Assembly (NCBI GenBank): GCA_963816395.1
Contig: CAWFKQ010000009.1
Span: 224,001 to 288,000, forward strand
From: an uncultured delta proteobacterium
GTDB lineage: Bacteria > Desulfobacterota > Desulfuromonadia > Desulfuromonadales > JACZKF01
Direction of reading: 5' to 3'
Length of the DNA: 64,000 bases
Shown in pieces: positions 11,173 to 21,418 of the stretch. Both the position numbers and the translations under genes were made by a program. The first letter of the stretch is position 1. Each line of letters opens with the position of its first letter. Below the pieces are notes generated by a model. The model had not been told where the DNA came from. It did no database searches and saw only the letters and a list, made by a program, of their open reading frames with translations.

Positions 11173-11670
11173 ATGAGCAACGCTGCGGAAACTATTCAGG
11201 AGCAGGAAATCGATCTGACCGCCGCCAACGAGGTGATCGATCACTACCTGAACATTAAAGGCGCACTGATGCCGGTGCTGCAGGGGATACAGGACCGCTA
11301 CGGGTATATCCCGGAACCCTGCGTCCACCTGGTGGCGGAGCGGCTGAATGTCTATCCCAGCCAGATCTACGGGGTTCTCACCTTCTACGCGCAGTTTCAT
11401 CTCGAACCGCGCGGCAGGTATATCGTCCGCGTCTGCATGGGCACCGCCTGCCATGTCAAGGGTGCCGGTCGCATCGCCGACACGGTGGAGGAGCGCCTGG
11501 GGATCGGGCATGCCCAGACCACTCCGGATCTCAAGTTTACCGTCGAACATGTGGCCTGCATCGGCGCCTGCGGCATGGCCCCGGTCATCATGGTGAACGA
11601 TGCCACCTACGGCAGCATGTCCGTGCAGAAACTCGATGAGGTGGTGAATAAATACAGGGCCGCGGAATAG
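11173..11670 (+). CDS. nuoE: NADH-quinone oxidoreductase subunit E (2Fe-2S)
   Basis: VCMGTACHVKG and ACIGACGMAP. Confidence 0.94.
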   Translation: MSNAAETIQEQEIDLTAANEVIDHYLNIKGALMPVLQGIQDRYGYIPEPCVHLVAERLNVYPSQIYGVLTFYAQFHLEPRGRYIVRVCMGTACHVKGAGRIADTVEERLGIGHAQTTPDLKFTVEHVACIGACGMAPVIMVNDATYGSMSVQKLDEVVNKYRAAE

Positions 11671-11707
11671 CTTTTTATTTTATCAAACCAACCGGGGATG
11701 ATGCCAA

Positions 11708-13489
11708 ATGGCCGCGAATGCTGAACAAATAAAAATCCTGATCTGCCAGGGTACCGGCGGGCTCGCCTCGGGCGCCGCGGCGGTAGCCCAAGCCTTTGAG
11801 GCCGAATTCGCCAAGCAGGGTGTGGAAGCGAAAGTAGGCAAACGCTGTGAGGTCGTCGGCACCGGCTGCCGTGGCCTGTGCGCCAACGACGTCCTGGTGG
11901 ATGTTCAGATGCCCGGCCAGGCGGCGGTTACCTATGACTTCGTCACCCCGGAGATGGTGCCGCAGATCGTCGAAGAGCACGTGGTGGCGAACCAGCCGGT
12001 CGACAAGAAGGTGGCCGGGCCGTATTACGCCAAGTTTCTGGAAAAGCAGATGCGGGTGATCTTCTCCCGCTGCGGCACCATCAATGCCGAGAGTATCGAA
12101 GACTTCATCGCCCATAAGGGCTTCTCCGGGATCAAGAAGGCGGTCACCATGAAGCCCCAGGAGGTGATCGAAGAGGTGAAGCGCTCCGGGCTGCGCGGCC
12201 GTGGGGGCGGAGGCTTCCCCACGGGCGTGAAATGGTCGTTCTGCGCGGCTTCTCCCGGCACCGACAAATACCTCATCTGCAATGCCGACGAGGGGGACCC
12301 GGGCGCCTTCATGGACCGTTCGGTCCTGGAAGGCGATCCCTACGGGGTGATCGAGGGCTTGATGATCGCCTCCTATGCCATCGGCTGCAAGAACGGCTAT
12401 GTTTATGTCCGGGCCGAGTACCCGCTGGCCATCAAACGCCTGCAGAAGGCAATCGATACCTGCTACGAGAGGGGCATTCTCGGCAAGGATTGCATGGGCC
12501 TCGGCTTCCCCTTCGACCTGCGCATCAAGGCCGGCGCCGGCGCCTTCGTCTGCGGCGAGGAGACGGCCCTGATGGCTTCAATCGAAGGCCAGCGCGGCAT
12601 GTCCCGTCCCCGTCCGCCGTTCCCGGCGGTGCGCGGCCTGTGGGGCAAGCCGACCAACATCAATAACGTGGAAACCTACGCCAACGTTTCCTATATCTTC
12701 TACAACGGCGCCGACTGGTATGCCTCTATCGGCACCGAAGGGACCAAGGGAACGAAGATCTTCGCCCTCACCGGCAAGGTCAAACACACCGGGCTGGTTG
12801 AAGTGCCGGCCGGTACCACCATGCGCGAGGTCATCTATGATGTCTGCGGCGGCATACTCAACAACCGCAAATTCAAGGCGGTGCAGGCCGGCGGCCCCTC
12901 GGGCGGCTGTCTGCCGGCCGAGGCCCTCGATGCCCAGGTCGATTACGACTCGCTGATCAAGGCCGGCGCCATGATGGGTTCCGGCGGCCTTGTCGTCATG
13001 GACGAGACCACCTGCATGGTCGACATCGCCCGCTTCTTCCTCAATTTCACCCGCGTCGAATCGTGCGGCAAATGCGTTCCCTGCCGCATCGGCCTGAAGA
13101 TCATGCTGGAAATCCTCGAGCGCATCTGCGCCGGCGAAGGGCGGGAGGGCGACCTCGAAATGCTCGAGGACATGGGCAAGGACATCAAGCGCAGCTCCCT
13201 CTGCGGTCTGGGGCAGACGGCGCCGAACCCGGTCCTTTCCACCCTGCGCTATTTCCGCCACGAGTACGAGGCCCATATCCGGGAGAAGCGCTGCCCGTCC
13301 AACTCCTGCAAGAAGCTGCTCAAGTTCGAAGTCGTTGAATCGGCCTGCAAAAAATGCGGTCTTTGTTTCAAGATATGCCCGGTGGACGCCGTCAAGTGGG
13401 AGAAGGGTCAGGTCGCGATCATCGACAGGTCCAAATGCACCCAGTGCACCTCCTGCTTCGATGCCTGCCGCTTCATGGCCATCGAATAG
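11708..13489 (+). CDS. nuoF: NADH-quinone oxidoreductase subunit F, long HydB-like form
   Basis: GRGGGGFPTG, NADEGDPGAFMDR, GAFVCGEET, GGPSGG, ESCGKCVPC; N-terminal thioredoxin-like FeS domain and C-terminal 2x[4Fe-4S]. Confidence 0.93.
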   Translation: MAANAEQIKILICQGTGGLASGAAAVAQAFEAEFAKQGVEAKVGKRCEVVGTGCRGLCANDVLVDVQMPGQAAVTYDFVTPEMVPQIVEEHVVANQPVDKKVAGPYYAKFLEKQMRVIFSRCGTINAESIEDFIAHKGFSGIKKAVTMKPQEVIEEVKRSGLRGRGGGGFPTGVKWSFCAASPGTDKYLICNADEGDPGAFMDRSVLEGDPYGVIEGLMIASYAIGCKNGYVYVRAEYPLAIKRLQKAIDTCYERGILGKDCMGLGFPFDLRIKAGAGAFVCGEETALMASIEGQRGMSRPRPPFPAVRGLWGKPTNINNVETYANVSYIFYNGADWYASIGTEGTKGTKIFALTGKVKHTGLVEVPAGTTMREVIYDVCGGILNNRKFKAVQAGGPSGGCLPAEALDAQVDYDSLIKAGAMMGSGGLVVMDETTCMVDIARFFLNFTRVESCGKCVPCRIGLKIMLEILERICAGEGREGDLEMLEDMGKDIKRSSLCGLGQTAPNPVLSTLRYFRHEYEAHIREKRCPSNSCKKLLKFEVVESACKKCGLCFKICPVDAVKWEKGQVAIIDRSKCTQCTSCFDACRFMAIE

Positions 13490-13521
13490 CGTTTCTTTCT
13501 GAATCTATACGAGGTTCCCAG

Positions 13522-16005
13522 ATGGTAACTCTTACGATTGACGGCAAGCAGGTCACGGTCGGGAAAACGGCTACTATTTACGAGGCCGCCAAGGAAGCCG
13601 GCATCCGCATTCCGGTTCTCTGCTATGCCAAAAAGCTCCTTCCCTACGGCGCCTGCCGAGTCTGCCTGGTAGAGGTGGAACAGATGAAGGGGCGGCTGAT
13701 TCCCGCCTGCACCACCCCGGTGACCGCAGGGATGGTGGTGACGACCAGCAATAGTGAAATCCAGAAAATTCGCAAGACCGTTCTCGAGTTTTTGCTGGTC
13801 AATCACGTCATCGAATGCCCGGTTTGCGACAAGGGGGGGGAGTGTGATCTGCAGGATCTCACCTTCGAGTATGAGGTCTATCCCAACCGCTTCACCGGTG
13901 AGAAATTCGACCTGCCCAAGGATGAGGTCAATCCGCTGATCGAGCGCAACATGAACCGCTGCGTGCTGTGCGGCAAATGCGCCCGGGTCTGCGACGAAAT
14001 CGTCGCCTTCGGCTCCTATTCCTTCATCAACCGTGGCTTTGAGTCGAAAATCGCTACCGCCTTCGACCGCGGCCTCAATTGCGAATTCTGCGGCCAGTGC
14101 GTTTCCATGTGTCCGGTAGGGGCCATTCTGCCCCGGCCCTTCAAATTCAAGGCAAGGCCTTGGCAGATCAAGGAAGTCGATACGGTCTGCGGCTACTGCG
14201 GCAACGGCTGCACCGTCACCCTGGGAATTCTGAAGGACAAGGTGGAGACCGTCCGCTTTAATGACCAGACCGGGGTCAACAACGGCAATCTCTGCATCCG
14301 CGGCCGCTTCGGCTACTCCTATGTCAACAGCGAGGAGCGCCTGACGCGCCCCCTGGTGCGCAAGGATGGAAAGCTGGTCGAAACCGACTGGAAAGAAGCG
14401 ATCGACGCGGTGGTCAGCGGCTTCGCCAAGGCCCGTGCCGATAAGGGCATCGGCATCCTCTCCGGCGCCCGGTTGACCAATGAGGAATTCTTCCTCCTGA
14501 AGAATCTGGCCGGTGCTTTGGGGGATGCTCATCTCGATCACTCCGGGGGCGAATGCTACAAAGGGCTGACTGAAGGGGTAAAGACGGCTCTCGGCGTCAG
14601 TGCCTCCACCGCCACCTTCCCGCAGGTGGAGGAATGCGAGGTCATTCTCGCCATCCGCTCCGATTTTTACGAAACCCACCCGGTATTCGGCATGGTGGTC
14701 AACCAGGCCGTCAAACGCCGGGATGCGCAACTGATCGTTCTCTCCGATAAAAAGGGGAAGTTCAGCAAGCTTCCGCATGCCGAGACACTGCTGACGCGGC
14801 CGGGCACTGGAGGTGAACCTTCTCAACGCCATGGCCGGGGTGCTCATCGAGGAGGGGCTGGCGGTCAGCGAAGGGGTTGAAGGCTTCGCCGAGCTGAAGA
14901 AGGCCCTGAAGGAATATGCCCCGGAGAAGGTGGAGAAGGAGACGGGGGTGGCTGCCGAGGCCATCCGCGTTGGCAGCCAGGCAGCTGGCCAGCGCCAAGA
15001 AAAGCGCCATTCTCCTGGCTTATGGCCTCCCCTACACCGCCCAGAGTCAGGAACTCGGTACGGCCGCCGCCAATCTGGCCATTCTGGCCGGGATTCCGGG
15101 TCGGGCGGGGAGCGGTCTCTACCTGTGCGGTGAAAAGGCGAACAGCCAGGGCGCCATCGACCTCGGCATCCTGCCGGGCCAGGGGGCGTTCGGAGCCCAG
15201 GGTATGCTGGCGGCGGCGGCCAGCGGCGAACTGTCCGCTCTCTATGTGGTCGCTGAAGACCCCCTGACCTCTTATCCGGACCGGAAAAAGACCGAATCGG
15301 CCCTGGACAAGGTGCCTTTTCTGGTGGTGCAGGATATCTTTCTGTCGGCAACCGCCCAGCAGGCCGATGTGGTTCTGCCGGCTGCTTCCTTCGCCGAAAA
15401 GGAGGGCACCTTCACCAACGCCGAGCGGCGGATTCAGCGGGTGCGCCAGGGAATTCCCCTCCCCGGCGAGGCCCGGACCGACTTCGCCATTTTCGAAATG
15501 CTGGCTGCCCGGTTGGCCAAGCAGGTCAGTTATACCGGGCCGCAGGCGGTGTTTGCCCAGATCGCCGCCACCGTCCCCGGCTACGCCGGCATCGACTTTC
15601 AGGAAATCGGCCCGCAGGGCATGGTCTGGGGGGGCGAGACGCTGGCAGTCAGCCGCCGAAAGCTGGTCCCGGCCGCCGGCTCCCGGGCCGTCGAAGCCGC
15701 CTATCAACTGATTACCGGCAGCACCCTTTACCATAGCGGGACCGTTTCCACCCGCGCCAAGGGACCGCTGGCGGTCGTGCCGGCGCCCTACGTCGAAGTC
15801 GGGCGGGAGGATGCCCGGACACTCGGCGTCCAGGAAGGCGACCTGTTAACCCTGAAGGCAAACGGAGTCGGAGATCAAGCTTCCGGTCAAGGTCGATCTG
15901 CGGCATGCCGAAAGGGATTCTGTTTGCCCCTACCATTTCGCCAGTGCCGGTCTCAATCGCCTCTACACCGGCCAGACGGCCATCCCGGTGGAAGTCGGCA
16001 AGTAA
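13522..16005 (+). CDS. nuoG: NADH-quinone oxidoreductase subunit G / molybdopterin-oxidoreductase-fold subunit (several frameshifts 14800-15935)
   Basis: GACRVC, HVIECPVCDKGGEC, CVLCGKC, CEFCGQC, CGYCGNGC, ADVVLPAASFAEKEGTFTNAERR; ends IPVEVGK*. Confidence 0.88.
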
Positions 16006-16023
16006 GTTCAGGCAGGAGAGGCC

Positions 16024-16986
16024 ATGGAATGCCCCAAGTGTAAAGCCGCCGTTTCCGCCCGCGCCAAGTTCTGCGACCAGTGCGGAATCAACCTGGTGAA
16101 GAACGTCGACTTTCTTCACCAGAAGGCGGTCGACCATTACCATCGCGGGCTGATCGATGAAGCCATCAGGTTGTGGGACGAGGCGATCGATCAGGCGGGG
16201 GAGTTCAGCAAGGGTCATTACTACAAGGGGCTGGCCCTCTATGACCGGGGCGATCTGCGCCAGGCGATCGACTCTTTCCGCAAGGCGCTCCAGGGGGAGA
16301 AGGAACCTTTCCGGGTCTACTTCAAGCTGGGCATGGCCCAGTACGGGATGGGTGATCTGGCCGGCAGCATCGAGAGCTTCCGGCGCGCCTTGGCAGATCA
16401 ATCCGGGCAGCGCCGAAACCCATTATCGTCTGGGACTTTCCTGCCTGCGGAACTCCGACCTGGAGAAGGCCCAGGAAGCCCTGGAAGCGGCCATCCGGCT
16501 GAATCCGCAGTATACGCGGGCTCTTTATATCCTGGGGATGGTTTCGCTCAGCAGGGGGACAACCGCAGGGCGATCCAGCAGTTCCGGACCGTCGCCGAGA
16601 TCAGCCCCACCTATACCGCTGCCCGCTTCGAACTCGGGATGGCGCTGTTCCGGGAGGGGGAATTGGCGGAGGCGGCAACGCATTTTCAGGAGGCCATCGA
16701 GAGCAACGAACGGTTTGTCCCGGCCTTCTACATGCTCGGCGAGGCTTACCGGAAAATGGGGGAGCCGAGCGAGGCGATCAGCGCCTACACCCAGGTGCTG
16801 CAACTCAACCCTAACGACGCCGAGGTCTATGTGCACCTGGCCGAATGCAACATGCAGCTGGATTTCCTGGATGCCGCTCTGGAGGCGGTGCGGAAGGCTC
16901 TGGCCATCAATCCGGCCAACCGCGACGCACTGTACCTGCAGAAACACCTGGGTGAACTGAAAACCCCCCATAAACCCGGGTTCTAG
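16024..16986 (+). CDS. Zinc-ribbon plus tetratricopeptide-repeat protein inside the nuo operon (compensating frameshifts near 16390 and 16540)
   Basis: CPKC-x10-CDQCG N-terminus followed by about 8 TPR units (e.g. AETHYRLG...[10 protein letters not shown]); AGGAG RBS. Confidence 0.85.
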   Translation: MECPKCKAAVSARAKFCDQCGINLVKNVDFLHQKAVDHYHRGLIDEAIRLWDEAIDQAGEFSKGHYYKGLALYDRGDLRQAIDSFRKALQGEKEPFRVYFKLGMAQYGMGDLAGSIESFRRALADQSGQRRNPLSSGTFLPAELRPGEGPGSPGSGHPAESAVYAGSLYPGDGFAQQGDNRRAIQQFRTVAEISPTYTAARFELGMALFREGELAEAATHFQEAIESNERFVPAFYMLGEAYRKMGEPSEAISAYTQVLQLNPNDAEVYVHLAECNMQLDFLDAALEAVRKALAINPANRDALYLQKHLGELKTPHKPGF

Positions 16987-17033
16987 AAAAGATTCCGATT
17001 TCAACACGCTCAAGGAAGAAGAGGATTGCCATT

Positions 17034-18070
17034 ATGCCCATGTTGAGCCTCTCGAACAACTGGCCGCTGTTTCTGGGAGTCATGCTGGCCAAAATCGTTG
17101 CCGTCTTCGTGGTGGTGCTGCTGATCGTCGCCTATGCCACCTGGCTGGAGCGCAAGGTCATTGGCCATATGCAGGTCCGCCTCGGCCCCATGGAGACCGG
17201 CTGGCACGGCCTTCTGCAGCCGATTGCCGACGGACTGAAACTCTTCTTCAAGGAAGACATCATCCCGAGCCAGGCGAGCAAGGTCTCTTTTATCCTGGCG
17301 CCGATGATGATCCTGGTTCCAGCCTTCATCACCGTGGCCGTCATCCCCTTCGGCCCCGATGTGACCATCGGCGGCTACACGGTGCCGCTGCAGATCACCG
17401 ATCTGAACGTCGGTATCCTCTATATCCTGGCCATGGCCGGTCTGGGGGTCTACGGCATCGTTCTTGCCGGCTGGTCCTCCAACAGCAAGTATTCGCTGCT
17501 CGGCGGCATCCGCTCCTCGGCGCAGATGATCTCCTACGAGCTGTCGGCGGCCCTGGCTATCGTCTCCGTTTTCATGCTTTCGCAGACCCTCAGCCTGCGC
17601 GGAATCGTCGCCGCCCAGAGCAGCTGCGTATCCGCTTCTTCAGCTTCCTCCCCAACTGGTACATCCTTTCCCAGCCGCTGGCCTTCGCTCTCTTCGTGGT
17701 CTGCGGGCTGGCCGAAATCAACCGCACCCCGTTCGACCTGCCGGAGGCCGAATCGGAGCTGGTTTCCGGCTTCTGCACCGAATACTCGTCAATGAAATAC
17801 GCCCTGTTTTTCATGGCCGAGTACGCCAATATGGTGGTGATCTCCGCCATCGCCGCCACGCTGTTCCTGGGCGGCTGGCATGGACCATTTCCCGGCGTCA
17901 TCAATATCCTGCTGAAAATCTTCTGCTTCATGTTCTTCTTCATCTGGCTGCGGGCGACCTTCCCCCGTGTTCGCTATGACCAGCTGATGAAGATGGGGTG
18001 GAAGGTCTTCCTGCCCCTGGCGCTGGCCAATATCGTGATCACCGGCGTCGTTGTCGTCCTGTGGCAGTAA
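17034..18070 (+). CDS. nuoH: NADH-quinone oxidoreductase subunit H (frameshift near 17625)
   Basis: [52 protein letters not shown]. Confidence 0.93.
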
Positions 18071-18094
18071 CAACCAAGGCGAGAGGATAGGTCC

Positions 18095-18490
18095 ATGTTC
18101 AAAGAGTTCATCAAAGGTCTGAGCATCACCTTCAAGCATATGCTCCCCGGCCACAGCACCACCGTGCAGTACCCGCACGTGAAACTCAAGCCGTCCGACC
18201 GTTTCCGCGGCCTGCACCGCCTGGTGCCGGCGCACGACCGGGAAAAATGCGTCGCCTGCTATCTCTGCCCCACGGTCTGCCCGGCCAAGTGCATCACCGT
18301 GGAATCGGCGGAGAACGCCAAGGGCGAGAAATACCCGAAGGTTTATCAGATCGATCTGCTCCGGTGCATCTTCTGCGGCTACTGCGTGGAAGCCTGTCCG
18401 GTCGAGGCACTGGAAATGACCGGTCAATACGAACTGGCGAATTTCCGGCGGGAGGATTTCACCTTTACCAAAGAGCGACTTCTCAAGTAA
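18095..18490 (+). CDS. nuoI: NADH-quinone oxidoreductase subunit I
   Basis: CVACYLCPTVCP and CIFCGYCVEACP. Confidence 0.95.
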   Translation: MFKEFIKGLSITFKHMLPGHSTTVQYPHVKLKPSDRFRGLHRLVPAHDREKCVACYLCPTVCPAKCITVESAENAKGEKYPKVYQIDLLRCIFCGYCVEACPVEALEMTGQYELANFRREDFTFTKERLLK

Positions 18491-18511
18491 CCGTTTAGGA
18501 GCATCGAACCC

Positions 18512-19015
18512 ATGGAACTTTTCTTTTTCTATCTGGTTGCCCTGGTCGCGGTGATCTCCGGCTTTTTGGTCATCAAGTGCCAGAATCCCGTCAACAGCGC
18601 CATTTCCCTGGTGATGACCTTCTTCTGCCTGGCCATCTTCTACGTCATGCTGCATGCGCCGTTCATGGCGGCCATCCAGATCATGGTCTATGCCGGCGCC
18701 ATCATGGTGCTGATTCTGTTCGTCATCATGCTGCTCAATCTCGGCGCGGAAGCGCACCGGCGCTATGCGCACAGCGTGGTCGGCGGCGCCCTGGCCGGCA
18801 TTCTGGTCATGTTTATGGTGTTCACCTTCATCAAGCGCGGAGCCGCGACCGGGGTCAAGGGTGCTCTTACCCCGCAGGTGATCGACAAGATTGGCCACAC
18901 CGAACTGATCGGGCGGGAACTTTTTACCCATTTCCTGCTGCCCTTCGAGATCACCTCCATTCTGCTGCTGGTGGCGATCATCGGCGCCGTTGTTCTGGCC
19001 AAGAAAGAAGTCTAA
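18512..19015 (+). CDS. nuoJ: NADH-quinone oxidoreductase subunit J
   Basis: QIMVYAGAIMVLILFVIMLL, LPFEITSILLLVAIIGAV. Confidence 0.95.
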   Translation: MELFFFYLVALVAVISGFLVIKCQNPVNSAISLVMTFFCLAIFYVMLHAPFMAAIQIMVYAGAIMVLILFVIMLLNLGAEAHRRYAHSVVGGALAGILVMFMVFTFIKRGAATGVKGALTPQVIDKIGHTELIGRELFTHFLLPFEITSILLLVAIIGAVVLAKKEV

Positions 19016-19042
19016 GTTCCGATAAGGACAGGAGAACCGATC

Positions 19043-19348
19043 ATGACCCCTACGGTTTACCACTACCTCATACTGAGCGCGATCCTTTTCTCCATGGGGA
19101 CTATCGGCGTCCTGACCCGGAGAAATGCCATTGTCATCTTCATGTGCATCGAGCTGATGCTTAATGCGGTCAATCTCTCGTTCATCGCCTTTTCCGCCTA
19201 TCTGGGAAACCTGGACGGGCAGATCTTCGTCTTTTTCGTCATGACCGTAGCTGCGGCCGAGGCAGCGGTCGGACTGGCGCTGATGATCAGCTTCTTCCGC
19301 AACAAAGAGTCCATAGAAGTCGACGAGATAAACCTGCTGAAATGGTGA
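19043..19348 (+). CDS. nuoK: NADH-quinone oxidoreductase subunit K
   Basis: [21 protein letters not shown]. Confidence 0.95.
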   Translation: MTPTVYHYLILSAILFSMGTIGVLTRRNAIVIFMCIELMLNAVNLSFIAFSAYLGNLDGQIFVFFVMTVAAAEAAVGLALMISFFRNKESIEVDEINLLKW

Positions 19349-19389
19349 CAAAACAATCCTTTAGGTTCAATCGATAAGAGGAGAGATAG

Positions 19390-21373
19390 ATGTACAGTTA
19401 CGACTATCTGTGGCTCATTCCATTCTTGCCCCTCCTTGGGTCCGTGATCAACGGACTCCTGGGTAAAAAGATCAAGAATGAGAAGGTGATCGGCGGTCTC
19501 GGCACCCTGGCGATCGCGGCTTCTTTCGCCGTCTCCTGCACGTATTTCCTGCGACTGCTGGGAGACAGCCAGAAAGTTCATCAGCAGGTTGTCGCCTCCT
19601 GGATGTGCGTGGGGCATCTGCAGGTGGACTGGGGTTTTCTCCTCGACCCGCTTGTCCGCCCTGATGATCATGGTGGTCACCGGTGTCGGCTCCCTGATTC
19701 ATCTCTACTCCATCGGCTACATGCATGGAGAGGAGGGATTCTACCGGTTCTTCTCCTATCTCAATCTCTTCTGCTTTGCCATGCTGATGCTGGTCCTGGG
19801 GAGCAACGCCCTGGTGATGTTCATCGGCTGGGAGGGGGTCGGTCTCTGCTCCTATCTCCTCATCGGCTACTACTTCCATAAGAAAAGCGCCGGCGATGCC
19901 GCCAAGAAGGCCTTCGTGGTCAACCGCATCGGCGACTTCGGCTTTCTCGTCGGTCTGTTCACCCTGTTCTGGGCGCTTGGCAGCCATGGGGTATGGACCC
20001 TGAATTTTGTCGAGATCGGCGAAAACGCCCACCTGCTCGGCACCGGCAGCGTCGTGGTGACGGTGGTGACCCTCTGCTTCTTCCTCGGCGCCACCGGCAA
20101 GTCGGCGCAGATCCCCCTCTACACCTGGTTGCCCGACGCCATGGAAGGCCCGACCCCGGTCTCCGCCCTCATCCATGCCGCTACCATGGTCACCGCCGGC
20201 GTCTACATGATCGGCCGCATGAACCTGCTGTTCGCCATGGCCCCGAGCACCATGATGGTGATCGCCATCGTCGGCGCCGCCACGGCCATTTTCGCCGCCA
20301 CCATCGGCTTCGCCCAGAACGACATCAAGCGGGTGCTGGCCTACTCCACCGTCTCGCAGCTCGGCTACATGTTCCTCGCCATGGGCGTCGGCGCCTTCAC
20401 CGCCGGTATCTTCCACCTGATGACCCATGCCTTCTTCAAGGCCTGCCTGTTCCTCGGTTCCGGCTCGGTCATCCACGGCATGCACCACGGCCTGCACCAT
20501 GCCCACTCCCATGACGATCCGCAGGACATGCGCAACATGGGCGGCCTCAGCAAAAAAATGAAGGTCACCTACTGGACCTTCCTCATCGCGACTCTGGCCA
20601 TCTCGGGCTTTCCGCTCCTCTCCGGCTTCTTCTCCAAGGACGAGATCCTCTGGTGGGCCTTCGGCTCCACCCGCGGCCACTGGCTGCTCTGGGCCATCGG
20701 TGCGGCGGCTGCCGGCATGACCGCCTTCTACATGTTCCGCTGCGTCTCCCTGACCTTCTGGGGCGAGCAGCGCACCACGGCGAAGGCCAGGGATCACATC
20801 CCTGAGTCCCCGTGGACGATCACCGTGCCGCTGGTGGTGCTGGCCTTGCTGGCGCTGGTCGGCGGGGCGGTCGGCGTGCCGGAGGTGATCGGCGGCGCCA
20901 ACCACATCCATCACTACTTCGAGCCGGTCTTCGGCCATGCCCAGGAGGTCTACGGCATCGCCATCCAGCACGCGCTGCACGGCCAGCACGGGCTGGAAAT
21001 CGGCCTCATGGTGATTTCGGTCCTGCTCGGGTTCGCCGGGATCGGCGCGGCGGTTTTCATGTATCTGGTGCGCCCCGAGCTGCCGGGCAAGTTCGTCACG
21101 GCTTTCGGCGGCCTCTATCGGACCGTGTACAACAAGTGGTACATGGACGAGATCTACGATGCCCTTTTCGTCAACCCCACCAAGCGGCTCGGCAACTTTC
21201 TGTGGAAAGGCTTCGATGTCAAGGTGGTGGACGGAATCGTCAACGGCGTCGGCTACATCGTCAATGCTTGTTCCAGAGGGTTGCGGATCACCCAGAGCGG
21301 CCTTGTTCACAATTACGCCATGACCATGGTCCTGGGAATGGTGGCGATCGTCGCTTTTTTCATCTTCAGGTAA
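19390..21373 (+). CDS. nuoL: NADH-quinone oxidoreductase subunit L (frameshift near 19650)
   Basis: GWEGVGLCSYLLIG, GKSAQIPLYTWLPDAMEGPTPVSALIHAATMV, THAFFKA. Confidence 0.93.
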
Positions 21374-21418
21374 CGAGCGCCTTATCGAACTACAGAGAGA
21401 TATGAGGAGCGATATCCC

